Positions 48,801 to 60,886 of a stretch of DNA of 64,000 bases are shown here, in pieces. The DNA is taken from NCBI GenBank assembly GCA_009103225.1, contig RHPI01000260.1, positions 754,203 to 818,202 of the forward strand, given 5' to 3'. The DNA is from Chlorokybus atmophyticus (lineage: Eukaryota; Plantae; Mesostigma and Chlorokybus algae). The notes beneath the pieces were generated by a model. The model saw only the letters and a program-made list of their open reading frames with translations, was not told the origin of the DNA and searched no databases. The position numbers and the translations under genes were made by a program. Positions within the stretch are counted from its first letter, which is position 1; each line of letters begins with the position of its first letter.

Positions 48801-49771
48801 TCAAGCAGCATCTGGTCAGCATTCCATGGTGGAGTGGTCCAGAACAGGCGAGCCGGCCGGGTTTGATGCCATGCGCCTTGCTTTGCCACGCCTGCAACAC
48901 GAGAGGCAGCCGGAGTTTTTGTTCCACACACCAGTGAGCATGCTGGCTGTTTACTTGTTTGTCGCACAATACCTTTGTGGTTGACCTCTAACATATGCTG
49001 TTGTCAGCACTATCCCAGATTGGGGCCGCAACAGCAAGGAGCAGAGCGGAGCTGGCACATGCGCGCAATCCATGAAGAGGTGAGCATACATCCTAGTTTA
49101 AGCGTGTCACACACCCAGAGACACGTCCACATGCACGCACGCAGGCAGGTGCAGACACGCATGTGCACACGCATACGTGCTTGGTGGGTCGCATCATTGT
49201 TACACTGTAACTGTGATTATGATCAGGCTGTCGAGGACCAACCAATGTGTAGCCCAACTGCTGCGGCTTCATTTGCAAACGATTTGGACGTCTTCAAGGT
49301 TAACTCTCTTTGACAATTACTGACATAATGCACGTGCAAAACGTTTGCCCACGTTCAACAATCACCTATGCGTTGCCGGTAACAGGAGAGGAGGCAGTCC
49401 TTTGAGAAGTACCTAAACTCTCCGCCAGAGGTGGAACTGGCCACTGAAGTGGAGACCTCCATGGCCACAGCTGTCACCGACTCAGACTTGGACGTACTAT
49501 CAGCTTTGCTACAAGTAAGGTAGGCGAGATCCCCTTTCTGAAAGGCAAGGCAGTGCTTCCCAACCAATTTGAGTATTAGAGCACAGAGTTGCGCGCAGTT
49601 TTCAAAGGACCAAACATGAGGGTTGGTTTCCTTAACAGGGATGCGGCAGCCATGATAGCAAGACACGACCGCGACAATGACGTTGATGATGAAGCCTTTG
49701 AGCGCAGCGCGCAAGCACTAAATGAAGCGCTACACGAGACCGCGCGTGTTGCCCAAGCACTCCCCAGCTAG
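45840..49771 (+). CDS. Two C2H2 zinc fingers plus MBD-like domain protein
   Basis: Fingers HICHECGKSFWTRRSLLGHQIHH and WVCDICHARFSDGQSLGGHKTGH. Spliced LPAGWIRLLAQRNDG...YAVCYRTPCGCLLWSQQDMKNFL...QFSF resembles an MBD. Some internal exon boundaries and the start are uncertain. Confidence 0.7.
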
Positions 49772-49938
49772 AGATAGCACATAAACAGAGTTGCAGACTA
49801 GTATCGTTCTGAACAATTGTTCAGAGTCCAGTTCTCACTTGTAATGCTGGTTGTGTGTACACACAACCAGGCTGTGAGTAAACGCAAGTGTTCAGCAACA
49901 AATTGTCTCATGCTGCCCCTATGTGCCGTGTACAAGTG

Positions 49939-50441
49939 CTATGACAGGTACTCAGCGGGTATGGGCGCCCGCGCCGCCTGATCGAAGTTCCATAACTCCT
50001 GCCGCAACGACTCCAACTCAGCTTCGTCCACTAAATCCTCCGTCCCTTCTTCAACGCCCTGCGCCTGGAAAGAGAGAGAGGTTTGTTGGTGCACACACTG
50101 TGCATGTGGTGTGTGGCATACATGTACAGGTTGTTCCACAAACGACTTTTACTTCTTCATGCGCGATACTAGCGCAAACGATAATGACTGTCAGTCTCGG
50201 CTTAACAACACAGACCAATCCGACAGAGAGAATTGGACATTATGGACGAATCTGCTGGGCGACTTTTATACCAACTAATGCAGATTGGGCTGATAATTAG
50301 CAAGATACCATACCCACCTCCATGTCGTCTAGCAGGCCCAGGGTGTGCTGCAGCACCTGCGCGACCTCCGCCCTGTCGCCGCTGCCATGCCTGCAGCACG
50401 TCTCCAAGCCCAAAACCTGCCAGAACCAGCTCATAAATACG

Positions 50442-50514
<73 letters not shown>

Positions 50515-52285
50515 GGCACCGCGCGCATGTACTACATGTACTGTGATGTACATGTCGTTCGTGTAGGGGCGCAGACGTGTATTGCGAGCTCAGTCTCTGT
50601 GATTGTGTAAATATGTTGAGAAGGAGACAACATGGTCTGTGACAGGGCATTATACCTCAGTCTCCAAGGCTTCAAGGTACTCCAGAGCAGGACACAGCCA
50701 CGCAACGCACTCCCTTGCTGTTTCAAGCTCTGTGTCCGAGTGCGCCCGAGTGAGTCTACCAGTCCTCTATGCGTGCCAGTGTTTTCTTTCTCATGCATGT
50801 GTGCACAACCACTCGTACCTGTCAGCAGGTACATTGGCAACGTGTCGCCATGCAGCGCTCTCAACCTCTGCTCCAGCCTGCAGACACACAGTCGCAACCA
50901 ACCTTCTGCTAAGTAGTCGTGCGGACATGCACACAACAAACATCCCATCCATCTTGCGCAAAACCCCACCTTATGCACGCTTCCGTCAACGCAGCTGCAG
51001 AAGCGTCCTTTCCCGCAATCATCTGTCAAAACAGACACAACACTTGGTTGCTGGCCTCCCCCACCAACATTGTCACAATGTGTACCTTCACTACCAAAGT
51101 GTCCCACCTTGCGTGCGAGTTCGATGGCTCTCTGCACCTCCTCTAGCTCGTCCGCCAGACGTACGCCCTCGCGCCGCGCCTTGTCCAGCGCACGAAGCGT
51201 GGTGGTGGAAGGAAGAAGCGGGGGAGGTTGAGCCTGCAGGACAGTACTATTGACAAGGTTCGCGTACTCTTGTTGTTGCTTGCAGGCAAGGGAGATTGCA
51301 TGCGTACGCGTGTATGTGCACGCGCACACGCACATACACGCATTCCGTCGACGTTCTCTTGTACGCAAGCGCATGCGTGCGTGCGCACGTTAGCATGTGT
51401 GATTGCATGCGTATATTCGTGTGTGGCATTCAACGTCATGTACCAGTTTGATTAGATTGTGCTCTTCTTTGGCAACTTCTCGCCAGTGTTTCTCCAACTC
51501 CATAACCTGTGCACAGAACAGAGCACCCGCACCTAGTCACTAAATGCAGAAGAGATTGAAGCCAGCAACAGTTGTGTATCATGCAGTGTGGGTACGCGTG
51601 CACCTGCTCGCGAAGCTTGTCCAACCTCGTTCGCAGCTCGCGCTTTGGCTCTGACGCTTGCCTGAGTGCATCTGTTTCCCAAACACACGACAAGTATGTA
51701 CACTTGAACACTATGCAGAATGTCAACCAAAGTATGACTGTCTTGCGCGTGACGTACCCATCCATTCTCCAAGCTCCCTCCCGTCTTCTGCCGCCAGTAC
51801 ATAGGTGGCCCGCTTCACCTCACCCTTCTTCGCAACCTCATTCAACCTGTGACAGACATCAACACAAATTTGTCAAGACTACATCCAGAACCAATGTTTG
51901 TTGATCTGTATCATGGCGTCAGCTGGTTGTTGCCCACCTGAGAGTGAAAGCGTACTCTCTTTTCGGCAGTGGCGACGGCACGATTGCGCACGCTTCAAGC
52001 GGGAGCGTCCCGACAGCATCCCCCTTCTCCTGTGTGCCAAGCAGTGAGTGAGTGAGTAAATCATTCACACACCAACAACTGACTCAATGAACTAACAAGT
52101 GTCTCTCTCTCACGTATGCTGAGCGTGACTGAAAGTAGAAGAGCATGCAGTCCCGCACGACAAAGTGGCGACGCTTCCACGAAGAGGCCTTCCCGGGCGG
52201 CCCTTGCTTCGAGAGTGTGCCGGTCTTCTCGGGTGGGTACCATAACGAACGCTGGGGAAGAGCGGTTGTGGTTGTGTGTGTGTGT

Positions 52286-52318
<33 letters not shown>

Positions 52319-52894
52319 ATNNNNNNNNNNNNNNNNNNNNNNNNNNNNNNNNNNNNNNNNNNNNNNNNNNNNNNNNNNNNNNNNNNNNNNNNNNNNNNNN
52401 NNNNNNNNNNNNNNNGGGGGGGGGGGGGGGGGGGGGGGGAGGGGTATTGGTGACATGAGGTATGACAGGGAAAGGCAGATTGTGGCAAATTTGTACGACA
52501 GTGATAGACACCGTTTCATCAAGGTAAAGCATGTGTCGTGATTTAGTTTGAGAAACGAGTGCACGAATGGAGACACCTGCGAGGCGTGCGTGCGTGCGCG
52601 TGCGTAAAGTGTATTTGACTGGTACCAGTGACATTGGTTGCGAAAGGGCAGGACTAACTGGATAGCTCAATGAGTAAAGACTTCATTATCAGTTGGACGA
52701 TGTGCAGAGTGTATTCGCAGCAGCACGGAGGAGATTATGCAAATTTATTCTCGCATTTGCGATGCGGTGTCTACTTGTGCAATGTTGACTTACCTTGTTC
52801 TCCATGCAGGAAGGCCGTTGTTGTGGGGTAGATCAACTCCGATCCGGATTAATCTTGCACTTGTCTTCAAGATTCCGCCCTTGCACGCATCCAT
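49939..52894 (-). CDS. PH-domain plus coiled-coil protein (5' end uncertain, spans a gap)
   Basis: PEKTGTLSKQGPPGKASSWKRRHFVVRDCMLFYF, GTLPLEACAI, REYAFTL and YVLAAEDGRELGEWMDAL, then heptad-rich exons ending APIPAEYLS*. The ATG at 52894 is only a candidate. Confidence 0.7.
50442..50511 (+). repeat. Compound (CA)n(TA)n microsatellite in an intron
   Basis: About 9 CA units followed by about 26 AT units. Confidence 0.95.
52286..52439. other. Assembly gap (52321-52415) flanked by long poly-G tracts
   Basis: N run with G homopolymers of more than 20 nt on both sides. Confidence 0.95.
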
Positions 52895-53533
52895 CACTCC
52901 TGCTCCCTCATCCTTGGCACTGATCTATCACCCCACAACATGCAGCTGCTCAAGGTGCTGCGCACTTGTTGTTCCACAGGGAGAGTGAGTTGCTCAGCTC
53001 TGCCTTGCCTCAGGTACACTACACTCCTTGTTACAACCGAGCCTACACCTCTGATTGAGCGACTCTGCCTGCCCTTGCATACAACAACACCACTGCCAGC
53101 TGGCAGGCAGTGCTGCCTTGGCTCCTGCTGCGCATGCAACCTGCAATGCAAAGCCCACCCCAAAGCCAAGGCAGAAAGAAAGCAGAGTCATCCAGTATTC
53201 AGCGGCGCGACGATTCAGTTCTCTCTTCACCTGCGGCGCGGCATACAGCAAGGGTTCTGTACGCGATATCTGCCTGACGGCGACGTAATATCGGCAAGAC
53301 TGTGATGAAATGCCCCTGTCCTGCCCCTGCTGCCACGTGGCAGCGGTAGCAGCGGCGGCGGCGGCGGCGGTGCGTAGAGCAGCAGGTGCCTGCGTGTGCT
53401 CAGTTGGAGCTGAAAGTAGCGGTGCCCTGCGTGTATATCTGAGGCAGGAGTCAGGGCATTGAAGTGGCACTAGTTAGGGTCAATCGGAGCTTGGGTTGGA
53501 CGCTAAGGGTGTTGGACTCGTCCTTGCTCACTC

Positions 53534-54898
53534 ATGGTGAGCTGCATTTTCATGCAGGCACGAGTGGCATAAGTTTTGACTACTGGTCAACATCACTCGT
53601 ATGAGGTGTCAGTCATTTGCGTGCAAGCTAATTATGAGCACATTGTATGAGTAAATCAACAGTATATCACCAGGTACACAATGCTACAATTCTACAATTG
53701 CTGCAACTGCAACATCATGATGTCAACGCTTGATGCATGTTGAATATGTTGAAAACAGTAGTGCTGCTTATCTCTTATTCCACTCAGAATACTATTGCGT
53801 GTGTCGCTCTTAGAGATCACTTGCGATCACTTAAGCTTTGCATGCCGCGTGTTTCATCTGCTGCATAGCCAACCACATTCATGATCAATTGACTCCATGA
53901 GCAGTTGCTTTGTTGTCCTTCACATTTTGCTCAATAACATCACCATTCAGGCGTCACGCACGCGGCTTTTCAAAGAGTACAAGGAGCTCCAGCGCGACAA
54001 AGGCGCCGCGGCCGATGCCGACATCAACCTTGTGCCAGACGAGAACGACATATATAGATGGACAGCATTCATCAAGGTGAATGAGCGCAAAGTAGTAGCC
54101 AACAGGGCACATGACACAAACAACATATGGAGGCGTGTTTTAGTTGATTATACAACTACGGTAGTGCACTGGTAGATTCAGTTTATTCGTGTTTGTTGTT
54201 GTGTGTGTTTCAAGTGTATCAGACTGTGTTGTGGTTGATATGCAGGGTCCTGAGGGCACGCCCTACGTGGGTATGACGTACGAGGTCTCCCTCCACGTGC
54301 CAGAGCAGTACCCGATGGTGCCGCCTGGCGCAAAGTTCAGGACCAAGATCTTCCATCCAAACGTCCATTTCAAGGTGCGCACGTGCATCTTTGGTCAAGC
54401 ACTTGGTTGACATGCGCGTGCACGTGCACAGAGACACGTACTCGCGCGTACACATACGCGCACATGCGCGCACGTGCATACACTCGCACATGCACATGAA
54501 CCCACGCTGTCACGCCGTGTTTGCTCACATCCACATGCGCACGTACCCGCACATACACTTCACACACACACATGACTGTGCACACCCCTCATCAGACGGG
54601 TGAGATTTGCCTGGACATCTTGAAGTCTGCGTGGACACCCGCGTGGACACTACAATCCGTCTGCCGGGCCATAACGGCTCTCATGGGCTGTCCCGAGCCC
54701 GACAGCCCTCTCAACTGCGACTGCGGTGAGTGGAATGGAAAGTGGTAAACTCTCATCATGTTGGGATAACAGATAGTCAGTTGATGAAGTATGTTGATTT
54801 TGTTGGCAGGTAATCTGTTGCGGGCGGGCGATTATAGGGCGTACAAGTCGGTGGCGAGGATGTACACGCAGTTGGCGCAGCAGCAGCAGTTGAGGTGA
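53534..54898 (+). CDS. PEX4: Peroxisomal ubiquitin-conjugating enzyme E2 (PEX4/UBC21)
   Basis: M|ASRTRLFKEYKELQRDK...WTAFIKGPEGTPY...KIFHPNVHFKTGEICLDILKSAWTPAWTLQSVCRAITALMGCPEPDSPLNCDCGNLLRAGD, the plant PEX4 signature. Confidence 0.95.
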
Positions 54899-55385
54899 AG
54901 TAGTAGGTAGGGCGTTTTATGGACGGAGTTGGTGGGTGAGATGCACAGTATTGCTGCAGGGTGTCAGCACATTGTATATTGTATATAAGCAACACGGTTT
55001 AGTGAGATCTGGCACTAAAGTTCATAAATACTTGGTTTCATATGGTTTTCTTGTAAGCCTCGTTGCTTCCTGTGGGCTAGCACGACATGTTGTAAGTTGT
55101 CGTTCCCAGTCAGTAAAATTGTGTGCATTATTACATAGCTGTCCAGCCCAATGTGCAGGCAGTGTAGTTGTGTAGGCGTGCTTGCATGCCGCTGGCATGC
55201 GTGTGAGTATGCTTGTGCAGTGATAGGCAGGGATGACAGCACGTAGCTTGCTGTGACGATGTTGCTGTTAGTGGAGAGAGAGAATGTGCAGGCAGTGAGT
55301 GTATTGCAGCTGCTTCATTGGTGCATGGACACTACCGTGTGCAGTGACTGGTGCTTCCTGGCTGTCAATGTTAAATGGTATTCAC

Positions 55386-55835
55386 GATAGTGATAGCCGT
55401 CACTATCACTATCACTATCACTATCACTATCACCTTGTGACATTACCAACCTAAGTGGTAATCGTAGCAATAGTAATAGTGATAGACGTCTCTCACTATC
55501 ACTATCACTATCACTATCACGACCACTACCACTAGCAGTACCACTATTACTGTCACTATCACGATAGTGACGTCTATGACTATCACTACTACTATCACTA
55601 TGTTCATCACTACCACTATTAGACCTAGCAGTACCACTACTACTATCAAGATAGTCGTCTATCTCTATCACTATCACTATCGCTACCACTATCACCATGT
55701 ATATCACTATGGCTACCATTACCACTATCCCTAGCAGTACCACTATCACTATGACTATCACGATAGTGACGTCTATTATTATCACTATCACTACCGCTAT
55801 CACTATATACATCACTATCACTATTACCATCACCA
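55386..55835 (+). repeat. Degenerate (ACTATC)n satellite with higher-order units
   Basis: About 450 bp of CACTAT/CTATCA hexamers with recurring CTAGCAGTACCACTA and GATAGT(GA)CGTCTAT modules. Confidence 0.9.
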
Positions 55836-55957
55836 TCGTAGTAACTAGGGCTAGTAATAACAATAGTGGTAGTTGTAGTGAAATTGTGGTATGGATAATG
55901 ACAGTGACAGCATCAAGGGTAGTAATAACCTATTGCAACATAGGGATAGTGTAGGGA

Positions 55958-55989
55958 TACCTACCTACCTACCTACCTACCTACCTACC
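55958..55989 (+). repeat. (TACC)8 microsatellite
   Basis: Eight perfect tetranucleotide units. Confidence 0.95.
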
Positions 55990-57024
55990 TGTATTTTGTT
56001 GAAGTAATCACATTTCAGCCTCCATCTTGATTGCAGTTATATAAGGTTAAAATCAAGAAGTTTCATCTTCACAATCATCAGACCGCCTGCATTATGCAGT
56101 TACACTGACGAGGGTAATGACACTGTTGTAAGGATCAACACATGATTCGCCAATGCCACACAACTCAACATGACACATTGGTACACCAGCATCATGTCAC
56201 CCGCAATTTGCTTTCTTCCTTTGTGCCAGCATGCGTGCAGCTTGCTATATCAAACAGTAGCAATAGCACGCCATGAGTGAGCTTTGAGCAACCCTAACCG
56301 CAAAGCATGCACGGGAGGCCATATACATTGTTTGCGCTTCACACCAACCATCCTGCTTCACCCAATCGCCAAGACGAAGTCCGCCCACCCCACCAGCCAC
56401 ATCAAACCGCCAACACCACAAAGACCACAACCTCTATGGACATTGACATACAAGCATCCGACACCACAAACTGCTGGTGCAAAGCGCTGTACCAGACCCC
56501 CAGCACGGCAAGGTCTCTGCAGGGCACCCACCAGACAGCGCTGCAAGGTCCCTGCGCGATGCAGTGCTGACGTTAACACTGCATGGCGAGGGTGACGAAG
56601 CCCGCAGCACATGCAATGCCTGCCTGAGCAGTGAAGATTGGCGAGACAGAGGGAGAGAGCGCGGGAGGGAGTCGTCGTCCTGCATGCTGCTGTGTTTGCT
56701 GCCCTACCCTTCATCTCCGACTGCTATCCACGCACGTGTGGGCAGGTGTATACACTCCTGCATGCTGACTGTATGACTAACGGGGTAGGCTAAGTTGTAG
56801 TGTAGCATAGCAAGTACTAGCCCGGTGGTAAGCCATATGTTGTTGATATTGCATGTGAGTGTGGTGCATGTCACTGGCATGTCACAGCACACGATGCATG
56901 CCGACATAGTAGCACACCCCTCTTGTACCCTTCTTGCAGTGGCATCGCTTACACGTCTACCCAACACTTTACACTTCACCCGCCAAACTTCGCCCGCCAG
57001 CCAAAATACTGCCTGCGCACGCCG

Positions 57025-60000
57025 TCACAACACGTACTGCCTAAAATAAGCCTCGAGCTTTGGGGCGCGATCATACGCAGCAACTTGGCGCTTAAGATGC
57101 AGGAAGCTTGAGGTCAGAATCAACAGCGAAGACAAGCTGAAGTGAACATTGAGGAAACCCGCCAGTGCATACTCGGTGGCCAGAGCAAAGGTGCCCACCA
57201 AACCCATCAACACGCCACCTGGAATGTGGAATGGAATGTGGTGAGACAAGAGCAAGTTGGCAACTCCATGCACACATAAGCAACTGTGCATGTGGACAAG
57301 CGCGTGCATATGTACACGCACGCACGCACGCACGCATGGGTACCGCGCAATAAGGTGTCGCGCTGCTGCACGGCCATGTATGTAACTGTCTCAAGTCCCG
57401 GGCGCACGTTGGGTATCCTGGCTTCTATTCTGTGCAGGAAGGAGGACATTGTTGCCGCACTCCTGGCTTTTCCACCCTGAAAATGCAACCGTAATCAGCC
57501 AATTATCATGGACAACAAGGCTCGTGACCAGTCACGGAAGGTGTGATGGTTGTCTGCAAAGTGGCATAAATCCCGGTACAGATAACTCTCTCACGCACAT
57601 GCCCAAGCTGATTGAAGGCAAATAGCAGCACAAAATAGAGGACGTAGTGGAGGCCCGGCACGCTTCCTGGCGGGCTCGGCAGCTCTGGAGACAGCCACCG
57701 GACAAGAGGCCGCATAGCATCCAGTTCCAAACTGCAGCAACAACATGATGCCATGATGAGCCTTAAATTGAACAGCTTCTAGTTAAGTATGCAAGCTGAG
57801 GCTGAAGCGCAGGCCACCCTTACTAATGCGCAAGCTGGATTGGCAGGGCAGTACACATGCCAGCGTAAATGATGGTGCTCATGCCACCTGCAGCCAGGGT
57901 AAAAGGAATGTAACCCGTCGGTTCACTCCCGTGCCTGTGACAACATCATTGATAAGACAACCTGCAAGGGCTGCATGCGTATTGGCCAATTGTGCTTTGA
58001 GTCACAAAACTCACCTGTCTTTTGGCATTGTGTAGTATTCCATAGGCAGGCGGCGTTGTGCGCTGGTTGCCATAATCGCACCAAACAGCGTCACCACAAT
58101 GCTTGCAACCACGGCACCCACCTTCAAGGACCCATAAAGCAGAGAGGCTGCGATGCAACATAAGAGGTTGAAATATAGTTAGACAGGTCAGGGCTGCCAC
58201 GGCCGCAACAGTGTACTGCACATGCAATGATTGTTCTTACACGTGCGCCAGGTTTGAAAGACTGTTCCTATGTTCTTCAAAGCTGCTATCACACTCAAGG
58301 AAATCATAAGAGATTCACCCCGTCCTGTGCCCAAACCCAACCATTAGACTTGTCATATGCATGGAATGCATCATGCTAGCCAACATCAATTAGAGCTGCA
58401 TGTACCAGTGCACGTACCCAGCCCGTGATCGGTGATTAACTCGCAAAGCTCCATCAATAGAGTGTGTCCCGCCAACAGCCACAGCGTGCTAACTGCATAC
58501 GCCCTGAGTCTATATGAGAGCCCCCATCGGCACATGCTAAACAATTTAATGCATGGAGCAAGACGTACATGCAGGTGAATGCATACCAGGGACTCTGCTT
58601 GCGCATAAATTCTCTTGCGGAGCGAACCGCGGAGAATGCCATGATGAAGGCCACGACATTGCGCACTTGTTTGCTGCAGTAACATGCAACGTTCAGTCAG
58701 TTGAACAACACAATGGGCATCGGGCAATGCGTGCACGGCTGCCATCAGATCAAAATATGCACCACACCACTCACAGTTTCCTCATCATCGTCACCGAGTC
58801 TTCATTTGCCAGTGATGCAAACGATTTGAAGAAAGGTAAGCTCCGTAGATCGTGGGAGGGCACCATTAACAAGAATTGCAGAATAAGGGATGAGACAAAC
58901 ATCGGGGCAATTCCAAGCTGCATAAAGTTCAGCGGCATGAAGGCGGTGGCCAAATCCAACCTGAACATCTCTACACGCACATACAAGCGGTTACACACGC
59001 AATGGTACGCATGGTACGCATGGGCATTGGACAGAAGCTTCCCTGGCAACAGCATGCAAAAAAAGTGGACTTCACAAGCGCGCTATGTGGGTTCAGCCAG
59101 TGCCTAGAAGCACTATCCGTGCGTATTGTGTTGGACTCCAACATTATGTGCAAGGCACAAAGTTGATGCAATAATGTGCCTTGACAGCTGAGCAATGCTG
59201 ACCTCTGTACCACTCTTCTGGTGCTTGTGGAACAGCGCGTTCGAGATATGTCATGAAGCCCGGCACGGGCACGGCGCGGAGCAGGCGGATGACAACCAGC
59301 ACGGACAGCGTCAGCAGGCCCTTGCGCAACACCTCAACCTTGCCGGAGTGAACGCCGTGCACCTCGTCCCGCTTCCTCTGCTTGGGAGGCCTCGCCAACC
59401 AATCCCAAAACAACTGCACATAATAGAAGATTAGACAACAAGTGCGTGCATGCACAAGTACTCTCAACAAGATAGCACTAAACTGTTGCGGGACCTGTAC
59501 AGGACTGGGACGGTATGGTGGTGGCAAAGGGTGTGCGCTCGCGCAAGCGTGTGTCCTGCATGGCTGTTCTATGCGGCGTTGGTTTTGAGAGTGAAAGGCT
59601 GCATGGCGTGGTGAAAGCGCAGTCCATCTTGGCTGCCGACAGTGAAGGCCTTTACATGCGCTAGTGGCGTGCAGTCCTAGTCCTGCGAAGCAAAATGACA
59701 TTAAGTATGTTGAAACATGCAACCATATACAAACGAGCGAGAATTTGTGCAGGACAACCCAGCATGCAACCAAGCTGGGTTGTCCTGCGCTAGCAGCCAA
59801 TGTTCGCTTGTTTGCGCCTATAATCAGCATCTACTACCAAGACTCGTGATTGTGGATGCTGGCTATAGGCTCGACAATTTCAACCCAAATTGCATGCAAG
59901 GGGAAATAGACTAGACCTGCACATGCTCGCTTGCTCACGACTCTTGGCAGACAGCACTACTTGAAAGCAGCAATCCGATGCTGTTGCTGTGTACAACAAC

Positions 60001-60280
60001 AATGAAATAGATTTTGATTAAGAGCATACGCATATTGTACGCACATGTTTAGCAACTACCCTGCCTCACCTTTCAAAGGCTGCTGGCCAATGCTGCTGCT
60101 GCAAAGCCTGGAAGAGGTGTAACTCTTGTGATTGATCGAGATCCCAGTTGTGTGATTATGGACCAACGCAGGTATGAAGCTCAAGTTTCGCTGGCCCGGC
60201 AAGCAGGCCAGGCTGCTGCTGCTGCTGCTGCTGCTATGCGCATGCCAGGCCAGAGAGGAAGCGCCCAACCCCGAGCTCAT
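57025..60280 (-). CDS. SCY2: Chloroplast preprotein translocase SecY2-like subunit
   Basis: Transit-peptide-like start, then FWDWLARPPKQRKRD, GLLTLSVLVVIRLLRAVPVPGF, LNFMQLGIAPMFVSSLILQFL, LHYVLYFVLLFAFN, FLHRIEARIPNVRPGLETVTYM and FSLSSLLILTSSFLHLKRQVAAYDRAPKL. Confidence 0.85.
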
Positions 60281-60886
60281 GCGTGGGGACGCTCGAAAGC
60301 AGATAACCACAACCTAAAATCGACGACAACTACAAAACGACCACAAACAATTAAAACACTAGCATGCAGCAACCGAAGGCAACAACCACGACGACAACAA
60401 CGCCCACTCCGCCTCCGCCGCCACACTGCGTACACCGCTGCAAACCAGAGTTTACTGCAAAGCCTTGCTTGCACCAGACTTTGCTCTGTTTCGAGGAATC
60501 CTCAAAACCGTCGTTTGGCACACTCTGAAACGTCTAAGCTTTCTGCGTGAAACCCCTTTTCAGGCTGCGAGCTTGACCGAAGCGTTTCTAGGACGCAACT
60601 TGAAACGTTATCGAGGCAAAATGCAGACAGCAGCTGTGCAGAGATATTTGCCTTGTGTTGCATTGCTTTGGCGGAAAGGTTGTTGAAGGCATGGTCGGCG
60701 TGGTTGTAGTCTGAGCCGGGGAGGGCATTGGTGTGGTTAGGTTTGGTGCTAGGCGTCGTGGAGCGGCCGTCGGTGAAGCGCACGAGCGGCAGCTGCTGCA
60801 GCTGCTCCAGCTGCCTGCTGAGCTCGCTGCAGAGGGCGCGGCTGGTGTGGAAACTGCGCCGCCAGGGTTTTGGCCACCCTGCTGAC

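Noticed and set aside
50532-51374. 280-aa minus-strand ORF
   Set aside because: It runs through introns of the PH-domain gene. Only the embedded exons are coding.
52441-52523. Plus-strand exon-like stretch (GDMRYDRERQIVANLYDSDRHRFIK) next to the gap
   Set aside because: There is no partner exon or homology, it lies inside the minus-strand PH gene, and it cannot be evaluated because of the gap.
55386-55835. CRISPR-like array
   Set aside because: The context is eukaryotic, the repeats are degenerate hexamers without unique spacers, and there are no cas genes.
55315-55954. Long Ile/Val/Thr-rich ORFs on both strands
   Set aside because: These are translation artefacts of the (ACTATC)n satellite.
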